A stretch of DNA of 64,000 nt from Eledone cirrhosa (Eukaryota): NCBI GenBank assembly GCA_964016885.1, contig OZ024741.1, positions 179,304,001 to 179,368,000 on the forward strand. Direction: 5' to 3'. Positions 10,919-22,926 of this stretch are shown here, piece after piece. Position 1 is the first letter of the stretch. Each line of letters begins with the position of its first letter. The notes beneath the pieces are model-generated. The model made no database searches, was not told the origin of the DNA, and saw only the letters and a list, made by a program, of their open reading frames with translations. A program made the translations under genes and the position numbers.

Positions 10919-13900
10919 TGTAGCGAAATCTGTCCGCGCCTTGAACATTGGGTGATACCTAAAAGTTAAATTCTAGATCAATACCCTTTTGGTGTAGACA
11001 GGTTGATGCGTTGGCTATCCCAAGGTGGGGAGACAGGGAGCGATAGCTATATAAAGCCTATATTTTCCCACTTTACACAGAGAGACATCAGAGCGATACG
11101 ATACACAACTAACTATGTAAAGATTAACCGCTAACTTCAGACCCCAGAGGTCTACAGAAAAGCCAGAGACATCGGAGCATTACGCTAGCAACTATGTAAG
11201 GATTCACCACTATCAACATACCCCATGGGGTCTACAGATACACACACACAGATTGGAGCCCTATTACTACAGACCATGTACACAGTGGTCTACCACCAAT
11301 TACAGACCATTCAGAGATATACAAACCATATCTCTCTCTCTCTTACTAACTACGGTCTCACAACTACTACCAAGGACTCCAAATTCCAACAACAATTATC
11401 TGTCGCTCGCTGTTTTCACTTCAACAAAAACAATTATCTATGGCTCGCTGTTTTAACACCAACAACAACAGCCTCACATCAGCAGCAATAACTACATTAA
11501 CTCTCGGTAACTGTTTTATATGTACTTTATAATTGATTCACGTGAAGTAAACTATATAATAATAATAATAATAATAATGAAATTATTGTGTAAAGTGCTC
11601 AGGTGCACTACAACTCGTCAAAGGTGTATATATAGTACATAGAATAATACACAAATGTCAGGGAAGTACATGTGTGTATGTGTTAGCTGTAGTGTTGGCG
11701 GATCTCGGGAAGCATGGAGGCCTTAAAGGATGCAGTGTCTCGACAGCTAACAACTGATGCAGGTAGTTTGTTCCATGCTTCAGCAACTCTGAGCGTGAAA
11801 AAATGTTTCCGAAAGTCATGGGAACTGTGCTGTTTTCTTACTTTGTGGGCATGTCCACGTGTGTTAGACACATGGAAATCAAAAAGGTACTCAGGGTTGT
11901 TGTTGGCAACATGGTTAACAATTTTGTGGGTGTTTACCAAGTCAGTTGCCAGGCGTCGGAGCTTCAATGTATCCATGCCCAGGGAAGCAAGGCGCTCAGA
12001 GTATGGTAGATGCCTGATGGAGGGTATTCGCTTGGTTGCACGTCTCTGAACAGTTTCCAGGCGGTCAATGTTCTGAGCAAGATAGGGGTTCCAGACTGGT
12101 GATGCAAATTCTAAGTGTGGTCACACCATAGCCATGTACAGCCTTAAATAGATATCTGAAGAGCGGCTGACAAAGGTCTTGTTGAGTGATGCTAAGACAC
12201 CCTCGGCCCTCTTGACAATTTTAGAGACATGCCTCGTCCAACGCAAATCGCTGCTGATCGTAATGCCCAGGTCACGTTCACAAGAAGACTTCTTGATATT
12301 AGTGCTGTGGAGGGAGTATGTGGATGCTGGGATTTTACTCCCAAAATGCATGGTGGTGCACTTGTCCACAGCTAGCTTGAGTTGCCAGTCTGAGATCCAT
12401 TGTTGCATTGTGTCCAGGTCAGACTGCAAGCAAGATCTATAGTGTTCAGGATCTGTCCTCAAGGTACAGCTTGATGTCGTCTGCGTACTTTAGTACTGTG
12501 GCATTCTTTAAGTTGGCATCTATGTCATTAATATATGCCACAAACAAAAGGGGGCCAAGAACAGATCCCTGTGGTACACCAGATGACATCTCATATGGTG
12601 AGGAATGCTGTCCCAGAACCGTGACTACCTCTCTTCAACTGAGAATGAAGGACTTCAACCAGTTAAAAAGATCATCCTTCACACCCATTGCAGAGAGTTT
12701 TGCCATAAGCCTTTTGTGTGGCACAGAATTGAAGGCCTTCGCAAAGTCAAGGTAAACAACATCCACCCATGAGCCGCCATCACTGATCCGGGTGATGTCC
12801 TCAAGAAACTCTATAAGTTGATCACAGCAGCTGGAGTTGGGGATAAATCAAATTGCGAGGACCGGATAAGACTGTGAGAGCTCCAGAAGTTCCAAAGTGT
12901 TTCTCTGACACAGGATTCCATCAGTTTGGCGATGCAACTAGTAAGACTGACTGGATGATAGTTCACAGGTGATGTGTGGTCACCCTTTTTGAACAGAGGA
13001 ATGACACTGGCAGTTTTCCACTGTTCTGGAGTAGCACTGTTGTTCAGACAGAATTGGAAGAAGCGTGATAACTGGTGCAGAAGGAAGTACCCACCACGTT
13101 TAAGAAGCAGGTACGTAACACTATCAAGACCAGGAGAGGCATGGTTGCGTTTATTTTTTTAGGTGACGTCGCAGCATTGCAGGTGTAAATTCCATGGTTG
13201 TAATAGAGTCCGGTGTCATAGGTGGTGGAGATGGTACACTCTGGTCTTCAATAGTGAAAATGCCTGCATAGCATTCAGCAATGAGCTCTGTGCATTCCTT
13301 GGGATCGTCAGTAACCTGGCTTGTGTGGGGATTGCGAAAAGGACCACTGGAGAGTGAAGCCTCTGCTTTGAGTGAACATACTTCCAGAACACCTTACTGT
13401 CAGGGCTGGCTGCTATGCGCTGCTCAAATTGAAGCACTGCCTTTTTTGTCACCTGTTTGAGGTGGTTGGACGATCTATTTCACCTCTTCTTATTAATGTC
13501 TGATTTGTGAAGTTTGTACTCACGTTCAGCATTGCGCCGTTCTTTTCTGGCAAGACGGACTGCTGCAGTCTCCCAAATTGCACTTTTGGGATGTTTTTTC
13601 CACTTACGTGGCACCGATGCTGCACATGCTGTCCATATTGAGCTCAGGATGTTCTGGAGTACAGTGTTGACATCTCCAGAGTCGTAGAACTCAAGCCAGT
13701 TTGGCCATTGCAACTCGGTGCAGTAACAGTTCCAGTCTGCTTTATTCCAGTCAAAGTGAGCAGTTTGGAGATGGTTGTGGTTCTTGTTACTGCCCATGAG
13801 GGATAGATTGGCAATGATCATAGCATGATCAGAGTCACCTAAAGGTTCCTCAGCAGTAACACTAATGACCGTTTCAGGAGTAGTGGTGAAGAGTAGGTCC

Positions 13901-14053
13901 AAAGTGTTGTCACCTCTCGTTTTCACCAAATCATTTATTCTTTATATTCTCGTTATTACACCTATTCTTCTTATTATTGCTATTTCAACTATTATTCATG
14001 TTAATCAAATAACAATAACTATTTCTTAATTCATTATCATACCCTTCGCTAAA
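10919..14053 (+). mobile_element. Solo LTR (Gypsy-like) interrupted by a CR1 insertion
   Basis: Starts TGTAGCG and ends ..acccttcgctaaa; 10919-11555 plus 13930-14053 are colinear with the inverted copy at 29249-29727; internal TATATAAA. Confidence 0.65.
11558..13929 (-). mobile_element. 5'-truncated, frameshifted CR1-clade LINE (end of APE, RT, 3' UTR, (ATT)n tail)
   Basis: TRGDNTLDLLFT..SDH (APE end), YLDFAKAF, SGVPQGSVLGP, KYADDIKLY, and NTRGH..FFTLRVAEAWNKLP C-terminus. Confidence 0.9.
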
Positions 14054-14355
14054 GAAGTACCATCATGAGATAGTTGAATGCATGGGAGGAAGATAGTAAT
14101 TGATAGATTTTGCTACCTAATTAGCAGCGGAGGAAATCACCCTGAAATCATTGTAGGTAAAAGTTCTAGTTCTGTAGGAGTTATTTCTATAAATTATGTA
14201 CCATCCCAACTTATATATATATATAATAGATTGACAGAACTAGCATGGGTATCACTGCTAGGACCGGTTGCGTACACAATAGGTAATGTTAAATAAACTC
14301 CCAGAGTATACACATAGTTATTCTCTTCGATACAGCGCACGTAAACGGGTACATT

Positions 14356-14390
<35 letters not shown>

Positions 14391-14420
14391 AAAGAATAGA
14401 AGTGTAACACACAAGTTATT

Positions 14421-14805
14421 ATATATTGGTAAACGGAATAGAAAATGCTGACAAATTGTTCACAGTTGAAAAATGGTTTAATTAGGAATAAAAGAGTATT
14501 AGTGATTGTATGGGTTAGTATTCAGTTGTGGTTTTAAGTTTTTAAGTTTTTACCGGTTGCGCATTTCTAAATGCTTTTCAAAAATAATTTTGAGATAGAG
14601 TGTCCGTGCTGTTTGCTCTGATCGGCACGGACACTCTATCTCAAAATTATTTTTGAAAAGCATTTAGAAATGCGCAACCGGTAAAAACTTAAAACCACAA
14701 CTGAATACTAACCCATACAATCACTAATACTCTTTTATTCCTAATTAAACCATTTTTCAACTGTGAACAATTTGTCAGCATTTTCTATTCCGTTTACCAA
14801 TATAT
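14421..14805. repeat. Near-perfect ~190-bp-arm palindrome between (TA)n tracts
   Basis: Arms 14421-14609 and 14625-14805 are reverse complements apart from one 8-nt duplication; loop ~15 nt. Confidence 0.9.
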
Positions 14806-14907
14806 ATATATATATATATATGGTTTTCTGAAGAGGAAGCTGAAAATAGGAACAGTTAAATAAAAATTCAGTACATTAAGTAGAGTGGGGACATAACACA
14901 CACACAT

Positions 14908-17367
14908 GATATCATCATCATCATCATCACCGTTTTACGTCCGTTCTTCCACGCTAGCATGGGTTAGACGGGTTGTCCTGTTGTGGGCAGTGTCTGGTCG
15001 GCTGACCATGCCTTGCTCATACAGGAACTGATCTGGCTTGATTTCTACAGCTGGATGCCCTTCCTAACACCAACCTCATTTACAGTGAGTGCTGGGTGCT
15101 TTTTCGTGGCGCCTACACGTCCACTTTACAGTGTGGGCTGGGTGCTTTTTTGCCGTGGCACCTCCACGACCACCTTGCGGTGGGGGGGGGGGGGGGGCAT
15201 ATTGTTTATATGCTTCAGCATGTACCCATGGGAGGTCGGGTACCCTGTATTACTGCGTGACGCCAGAAGTCACGGTCGTGTGTCATTGACTTTGAGAGGT
15301 GTAGTTGGGTAAGGTCGGCTTTTATCACCTCATCCCAAGTCATCTTGGGTCTCCCCACTCCGCGGTTTCCATCAACTTCTAGTGCTCTGCACCTTTTTAT
15401 GCAGCTGTCATCCTTCATACGCATCACATGTCCATACCAGCGTAACCGCCTCTCCTGCACGCAGCATTTGATTCCTCTTATGCTCAGTCTCTCTCTCAAT
15501 TCATTTATGCTTTGTCGTTCACGTATATTACTGTTACACATCCATCGGAGCATGCAGGCTTCGTTTCTCTCTAATCTACGTAAGTCTTCCACCTTCAGCG
15601 CCCAGGTCTCACTACCATGCAACATCGCTGTTCGGATACACGCATCATACAGTCTGCCTTTCATTCTGAGGGAGAAGCCTTTTGCAGCTAGCAGTGGTAG
15701 TAGTTCCCTAAACTTCTTCCATCCCGTTCTTACCCTAGTTATTGTACTTTCTGAGCACCCACCTCCGTTGCTAATTCGGTCACCTAGGTAGCAGAAGCTG
15801 TCTACTGTTTCTACAGGGCCCTCCCAGAGATTGGTGGTACTTGTTTCCTGTGGCTGTTTGCTTGCTGTTTCAGCACAGCTGCTGCATGTGAATCCTACAT
15901 TCTTAATTAAGCTTCCTGAGATCCCGCTACATCTCTTGTGTACCCATTGTTTGCATTTGGGGCAAAGAATGGAGTTCCTACCTACACCTTTCCTACATAC
16001 TGAGCAAGGCCATTTCCCTGAGGGGATCTGGGTTCTGTTTTCTCGTCTACTTATAAGGACCTTAGTCTTTGTCATGTTGACTTTGAGGCCCTTTCTCTCT
16101 AGTCCCTGCTTCCAGGTTTGGAATTTATTCTCTAGTTCTACCATAGATTCAGCTATGAGTGCGAGGTCATCAGCATACAGGAGTTCCCATGGGCATCCGG
16201 TCTTAAACTCCTCCGTTATTGCCTGCAGGACTATGATGAACAGGAGAGGGCTAAGAACAGAGCCCTGGTGGACCCCAACCTGTACGCTAAATTCCTCGCT
16301 ATACTCATTGCCAATCCTAACTTTGCTGACTGCTCCCCTATACATGGCTTGTACCGCTTTCACAAGCCATTCATCTACTCCTAGTTTTCTAAGAGCCCAC
16401 CAGATTACTGCACGTGGAACTCTGTCAAAGGCTTTCTCAAGGTCGACAAATGCCAAGTAGAGTGGCTTACTTTTAGCTAGGTACTTTTCCTGTAATTGCC
16501 TCACAAGGAAGAGCGCATCAGTGGTGCCTTTCCCTGGAACAAACCCAAATTGCATCTCGTCTATATTCACCCGGTCCCTAATCAGCTGTGCTATAACTCT
16601 TTCTGTTACTTTCATGACCTGGTCCATCAACTTTATACCTCTATAGTTTCCTCTATCTAGTGCATCGCCTTTACCTTTGTAGCAGTTGACAATGATGCTA
16701 CTGCACCAATCTTTTGGTATGGCCCCCTCTAGTATTACCTGGTTAACGATACGTGTGGTTATAGTGTGACCTACAGACCCAGATGCCTTCAGCATCTCGG
16801 CAGCTATACCCGATGGACCGGTTGCCTTCCCTATCTTCATATCTCTGATTGCCTTACTTACTACGCTGCCGCTGACTTGTACTGCTGGTCCCTCTATAGG
16901 GTCTACGTGGGGTAGGGTCTCTTCTTCCCATGCATTCTCCTCATTTAGTAATCTATCATAATGACTCTTCCATGCATCTTTCTTCTCAGCACTTGTGAGG
17001 GCAAGCTCACCTTTATCATTCCGGATACACTTCTCTCCAATGACATCACAACTATCTCTGACACACTGCCTCGCAATCTTGAATACCTCCTGTTTCTGGT
17101 CCTCACGTTGTAAAACATGCTTGAATTTTCTATCCTCTGCTTCCCTCCTAGCTAAGTATACTTGTCGCCTAGCTTCCCTCTTGGTCTCTATGTAATGTAC
17201 CCTGCTCCCCCCGTTCTTCCATTCTTTCCATGCCTGTCTCTTGGCCTTGACTGCTTCATCTACCTTATTGTTCCACCACCAAGTCACTCTCCTCCTGCTT
17301 GAGGTCTTACTCCAGCCACAAACCTCATCCGTCGCCTCTAGTAAGTTATTTTTTAGGAACTCCCATG
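14908..17367 (-). mobile_element. Young 5'-truncated RTE-clade LINE
   Basis: Uninterrupted RT ORF, 3' UTR and (TGA)n tail at 14908-14930; endonuclease domain absent; 5' end abuts (TA)n. Confidence 0.92.
15215..17367 (-). CDS. RTE reverse transcriptase with PHD-like zinc finger (partial ORF, no APE domain)
   Basis: NYRGIKL, FVDLEKAFDRVP, GVHQGSVLSPLLF, LLYADDL, CSVC..CPKCKQWVHKRC..CSSC, RRLRWYGHV. The first ~11 codons of the track ORF are microsatellite. Confidence 0.9.
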
Positions 17368-17651
17368 ATATATATATATATATATAAATACACACACACA
17401 CACGGCGGACATCTGTCGACCAAATATTTCACTCAGAGCATTGGTCAATCCAAAGCGACAGAAGACACTTGAAAACGCCATTGTTGTTGCTGATTCACAC
17501 ATTGCCTATGCCTTCTGTTCACCGCCCCTTTCAAAATCGAATAATCATTTGTACCTCTGAAACAATTAATTAATTTCGTGTATCGCTGAGTATTGATCGG
17601 GCAGGCTCAGATAAATCGACTCGTGTTGCTATCGTGCAAATACATCGATAC

Positions 17652-17691
<40 letters not shown>

Positions 17692-17772
17692 AAAGTTTTA
17701 TTTAAAATTGTTGGTTTACAACAAGTAAATATTTTATAACTGATATAAAGCACTCGACAAGTTTTGGAGTAG

Positions 17773-18078
17773 ATATACGATATTAAACAAATGGAAACTA
17801 TATTTATAAAACCATATTTATTTCATTATACATATTTCGGGGATACCATATTAAAAATATGGCATGCCTTCTTCAGATAAAATACAATATATAAACAGTT
17901 TTATAAATAATTTTGACGTACCATAAATATTGAGCAACCGTTATGTAGGAAGCTGTTTATATATTGTATTTTATCTGAAGAAGGCATGCCATATTTTTAA
18001 TATGGTATCCCGAAATATGTATAATGAAATAAATATGGTTTTATAAATATAGTTTCCATTTGTTTAATATCGTATATA
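17773..18078. repeat. Fold-back inverted repeat (~128-bp arms) carrying a hammerhead-ribozyme-like motif; probable Penelope-like element end
   Basis: Arms 17773-17900 and 17953-18078 nearly identical in reverse complement; CTGAAGA-hairpin-CGAAA-TATG-TA at 17975-18021. Confidence 0.7.
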
Positions 18079-18411
18079 TATATATATATATAACATATAT
18101 GTTATACATAAAGTTAAACAATGAAAGAATAACAATGTGGGGTATTAATTAAAATATATGTATATATAAAGTAGCAAAAGAAATGTTTTCCCACGGTGTT
18201 TTCTTTCGCCACACACACGCTAATATATACATATATACTTGTTATTAAGAGTCGCTGTTTATTTTGAACCAGTTAGTTATTAGCAAATAAATATACATAC
18301 ATACATACATATATAAAATTATTCATAAAAAACACAGCATGTTCAATTATCATGAAATAATAACTGCACACAGAGAGAAGTAAGATTTTAAAATAGTGTC
18401 CAAATATTTAC

Positions 18412-18500
18412 CGTTACAGCAGAATAGCAATATGAATGAATGACAGACTGCTTCTGTTTAACGGGAAAATAATATTTTCAAATTTCGCTCGCCAATCAGA
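18412..18500 (-). promoter_or_regulatory. Candidate promoter and non-coding first exon of the securin-like gene (CCAAT box + CHR)
   Basis: Minus strand reads ctgATTGGcgagcgaaaTTTGAAaat: CCAAT at 18492-18496, CHR TTTGAA at 18482-18477, then a short exon ending cg|gtaaat at 18412. Confidence 0.55.
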
Positions 18501-19996
18501 TTTGAGGTAAACCTACTTATCTACCCTTGCTTGCCGGTTACACAATCACTTAGTTGTCTCTGTAAATTTATACCACATAAGGTTTTAAATATTATAGAAA
18601 AAAATATATTGTTAACATAACGATGCTGACCTTATAAATCCCAGACTTTTTGGCGAACCGTTCTTTCCCCATCCACATACATCGATTCAACCGAACAGAA
18701 ATTGAAACGATTGCAGCTTTTTATCAAATGTTAGTTTATAAACACAGGGGCGGCGATTTAGCGTAGTCGTTCGAACGTCGGGTTGACTACTTTGCACTAT
18801 TCGTTCCGGCTCTCTACTCTGTTCTCAAAACCCACTGCAGTCGACTTTGCATTTGATCCTTTCGGTGTTGATAGAAAAGAAGTACCAGTTCAGTACTGGG
18901 TCGATTTTTTATCTATATCGCTCTCTCACTTTTTCTTCCTCTCGGTTGTGTTCAAATCTGGAGAGAGTGTGAGGATGACACGGTATATGTCACTACGGCG
19001 GTGTTACCCTCTAAGAGTGTGTTATGCCAGCCAACATACTGCCAGCATTGCCACTGGTAACAGCGAGAACTGTTTACACTAGTTAGTTACACCACTTCAA
19101 ATATGCTATTGATTCTTCACACATACTTCATCTTTTTATCACCTCCAAACCAAATAGAAGAAGAAGAAACATGTAAGCGGTCTCTCGACTTGCTAGTAAT
19201 AGCAGTCAAATTTCCTTCAAATCAAGCCCTACCGTTTTATAAAAAAACAGGACCGACTTAGATAATGCAATCTAGCATATCCCTAAAATAATTACGAAGT
19301 GACAGTTGCTGGACGGTCTTTCAGCATAGGTATGCTCTTATCGATCAGACCTATAGCTAAACAACAACAGTTGGTAGAATCGTTAGTGCATAGTCTTGTG
19401 GTAGTTGTTTCTGTGTTCTGAGTTCGAATTTCACCAACGTCTATTTTCGACTTTCATCTTTTCGGAGTCGATAAAATAAAGTACACAGTTGGGAGGGAGG
19501 GATTGGCAGAATTGTTACAGCATGGGACGAATTGCTTTGCAGTATTTATTCCGATTATTTTTTTCTGCCTCTGTCCCATGAATCTCAGAGCCCTGAAAAA
19601 ATCTGTTCATTTCATCAAATCTTTTTCCTCTTATGTTAGACTGATTTTATCAAGAGTGTGGTCAATTCGTCCTAATCGGTTTACTTAAAAGATGAAGGCG
19701 AAGCTATATGCCGCGTATGTTTGTACGAATGTGTGGGTTGGGGTAACTGATTTTTCAACTTATAAACATTACTCGAGATCAGGGGTCAGGAACCTGCGGC
19801 TTAGAAGCTATTCTGAAATGTTATTTATGCATTAGGGCAGTGCATTGGCAGAATCGCTAGAACGTAAACACAAAATGCTTTGCAGTATATGTTCCGGCTC
19901 TATATGTTCTGTGTTTAAATCAAGCTGAGGTGAACTTTGGCTTTCATCCTTCTGGGGGTCGGTAAAATAAAATACTGATCAAGCACTAAAGCTTCC

Positions 19997-20330
19997 TTGG
20001 TAGGCTTATCTGGAGCCCTCCTACGTCTCCTTTGGTGACCATTCCATCCTATCTGCCTCAGGAGTCCAACAAGGTAACCCACTCGGACCTGCTTTATTTG
20101 CTTTACACATCAATGGCATTACAAAGATAGGGGTTGATCTGGTTTGAATGTCTAGTTTTTTTATGATGGTTGTTTGGGGAGTGGCTCTAGATAGGGTCCT
20201 TGCCATTGCGAAGACGATGATTGGGGAACTTGGTCGTAAGGGCCTCCATGTCAAGAGCTCCACATGCGAGCTCTGGCTTCTCAACCACCGTTTCACATCA
20301 GTAGACTGTAGACCTGTTTACAGAATCCTT
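19997..20330 (+). mobile_element. CRE-clade non-LTR retrotransposon RT fragment (degraded)
   Basis: Translates PSYVSFGDHSILSASGVQQGNPLGPALFAL followed by a frameshifted YDG(C)LG region; its first ~45 bp recur at 25345-25390. Confidence 0.65.
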
Positions 20331-20723
20331 TAGATTCTTTATTTTCCGAATGATGGAAAAGGACTAGGCTGAATTATCAACCCATTTTACTTTTATAAAG
20401 AAACGTTATGCAACATAAAACTACAGGAAAGCAAAATATACGTAAAATAACAACACTTAGTTTCAACAAAGGATAAGCAAAAATAATATTACAACAACAT
20501 TATTGTGTTTTAAAAATGTGTTTATTTTTTTTCACAAATATACAAATAAAATGTGTTTGCGGGTACTTTTACAATATACACATATCAAGAATGACCGTAC
20601 ACAATTTAAGAACATCTAAACAGTTCTCAGTAATGTTTATGTCACAGTATTTAAGCAAAGTTTATGAGTGTATAATTTCTCAGTTCATTACTTCATGTCT
20701 TCAAGCCTTGGTCACTTCGTTAC

Positions 20724-22595
20724 TTATGACGAGCAGTGATTCCCGTCAGAAGTAGATGATGTGTGTAGTTTGGACATGATAGGTGAGCAGAGTTTCTGTG
20801 CTTCTTTAAATTTGTAGGTAAATTCATCTGTGTCTGCTAAACTGTTGGTGTCTATCCACTCTAACGTCTCGTTACACATATCAAGTGCCTGTTTCTTATC
20901 TTGCTCAGATAGTTTATCGTTGTCTGCATCGAGTGCTTGTTTCACATTGAATATGTATTGTTCCAATTCATTTTTAGCTGCAATACGTTGCCGTTGTTTT
21001 TCGTCTTCTGCCTCATATTCTTTAGCTTCGTTTATCATTCTTTCGATTTCCTCTTTACTTAAACGACCTTTGTCGTTGGTGATGGTAATTTTGTTGCTTT
21101 TTCCTGTGCTTTTATCAACAGCAGAAACGTTGAGTATTCCATCAGCATCCATATCAAAAGAGACTTCTATTTGCGGTACACCTCTGGGAGCTGGTGGAAT
21201 GCCACTCAGCTCGAAACGTCCGAGACAATTGTTGTCTTTTGTCATTGCTCTTTCTCCTTCGAATACCTGGATAGACACACCCGGCTGGTTATCTGAATAG
21301 GTAGTGAATACATTGGATGCTTTACACGGGATTCTGCTGTTGCGCTCGATAAGTTTGGTCATCACACCACCAGCCGTTTCTATTCCAAGTGACAAAGGTG
21401 CTACATCTACAAGCAATACATCTTTTATGGAATCGCTCGTATCTCCAGAGAGAATTGCAGCTTGTACGGCAGCTCCGTAGGCGACAGCTTCGTCTGGGTT
21501 GATGGATTTGTTGATAGGCTTTCCTTGCATGAAATCCTGAAGTAATTTCTGGATTTTGGGAATGCGTGTTGATCCACCGACCAACACAATGTCATGGATA
21601 CTGGATTTATCGAGCTTGGCATCTCGCAGAGCTTTTTCAACTGGTTCTAAGGTGGATCGGAAAAGATCACTACAAAGATCTTCGAAGCGTGCTCTGGTAA
21701 TCTTCGAGTTAAAATCGATGCCTTCATAAAGAGAATCCAATTCCACCGAAGCTTCTGTACTACTCGATAGGGTTCGTTTAGCTCGTTCACATGCTGTACG
21801 CAAACGCCTGATAGAGCGTGGGTTTTCTTTGATATTTTTCTTGTGTTTACGTTTGAATTCGTCGACAAAGTGATCAACTAGCCGGTTGTCGAAGTCTTCT
21901 CCACCCAGATGTGTGTCACCAGCTGTAGCTTTCACCTCAAAAAGAGATCCCTGGTCAATTGCCAAGATGGAAACATCGAATGTACCACCGCCCAAGTCAA
22001 AAATCAAAACGTTCTTCTCACCAGATAAGTTTTTCTCGAGACCGTAAGCGAGTGCGGCGGCCGTTGGTTCGTTTACAATTCTCAACACATTCAAACCAAC
22101 TATATTGGCCGCATCTTTCGTTGCCTGTCTCTGTGAATCATTAAAGTAGGCCGGTACTGTTACTACTGCGTCTTTAACTTTACAACCCAGGTAAGACTCA
22201 GCTGTCTCCTTCATTTTATTCAACACCATCGAACTAATCTCTTCGGGTGAAAACTGCTTTTTCTCTCCCTTGTACTCCACTTGCACATGTGGTTTGTTAC
22301 CATTTTTGTTCACTACCCCGAATGACCAATATTTCATGTCGTTTTGTACAGAGGTATCGTTAAAGTGACGTCCAATTAAACGTTTAACATCGAATACTGT
22401 GTTCTTTGGGTTGAGGGTCGCTTGGTTTTTTGCTGCATCACCCACCAATCTTTCGGCATCCGTAAAAGCTACGTAACTTGGAGTTGTCCTGTTTCCCTGG
22501 TCGTTAGCAATGATTTCTACTTTGCCATGTTGAAACACACCTACACAGGAATAGGTTGTTCCTAGATCGATACCAATAGCAGGTGCTTTCACCAT
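20724..22595 (-). CDS. HSP70: Intronless inducible-type cytosolic HSP70, copy 1 (623 aa, no C-terminal EEVD)
   Basis: All three family signatures ([37 protein letters not shown]), cytosolic RARFEDL motif, DVLLVD linker. Confidence 0.97.
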   Translation of the reverse strand: MVKAPAIGIDLGTTYSCVGVFQHGKVEIIANDQGNRTTPSYVAFTDAERLVGDAAKNQATLNPKNTVFDVKRLIGRHFNDTSVQNDMKYWSFGVVNKNGNKPHVQVEYKGEKKQFSPEEISSMVLNKMKETAESYLGCKVKDAVVTVPAYFNDSQRQATKDAANIVGLNVLRIVNEPTAAALAYGLEKNLSGEKNVLIFDLGGGTFDVSILAIDQGSLFEVKATAGDTHLGGEDFDNRLVDHFVDEFKRKHKKNIKENPRSIRRLRTACERAKRTLSSSTEASVELDSLYEGIDFNSKITRARFEDLCSDLFRSTLEPVEKALRDAKLDKSSIHDIVLVGGSTRIPKIQKLLQDFMQGKPINKSINPDEAVAYGAAVQAAILSGDTSDSIKDVLLVDVAPLSLGIETAGGVMTKLIERNSRIPCKASNVFTTYSDNQPGVSIQVFEGERAMTKDNNCLGRFELSGIPPAPRGVPQIEVSFDMDADGILNVSAVDKSTGKSNKITITNDKGRLSKEEIERMINEAKEYEAEDEKQRQRIAAKNELEQYIFNVKQALDADNDKLSEQDKKQALDMCNETLEWIDTNSLADTDEFTYKFKEAQKLCSPIMSKLHTSSTSDGNHCSS

Positions 22596-22789
22596 TCTTT
22601 TTACTCTATGTAGCCTTGTGAAAACTTGTAAATAGCTTCCAAACTTTTTTTCCTTCTCGTTATCTTTTGGTAATGTTTGTATTTCTGTTATATGTATATA
22701 TTAAATTAGATGTGTATAACTTATAACAAATGTTTCTTAAGTAAGATCCTTCTCGCCAGTTGTACACAGCAGAGCTTCCGTAAATATTT

Positions 22790-22926
22790 GAATGACACAG
22801 CTAAATGATTCAGGTTATATATATAGTTGAGAGTTACTTCCCCTACCTACTCTCACGCCATCGTATTTTAACTAGTTACTTCTACAATATTTTAAAGTGT
22901 TCAACGAGTTTCTGGAACTTTCCAGA
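22790..22926 (-). promoter_or_regulatory. HSP70 copy 1 promoter: heat-shock element, TATA box, initiator
   Basis: tTTCtgGAActTTCc at 22909-22923 (three inverted nGAAn units), TATATATATAA at 22825-22815, TCATT initiator near 22795. Confidence 0.85.

Noticed and set aside
20724-20740. Possible CaaX prenylation motif at the HSP70 C-termini (HCSS/HCAS)
   Set aside because: Cys is third from the end, not fourth.
20830-22144. Antisense and alternative-frame ORFs overlapping HSP70 (also 26131-27445)
   Set aside because: Shadow ORFs of the HSP70 coding sequence with no independent signals.
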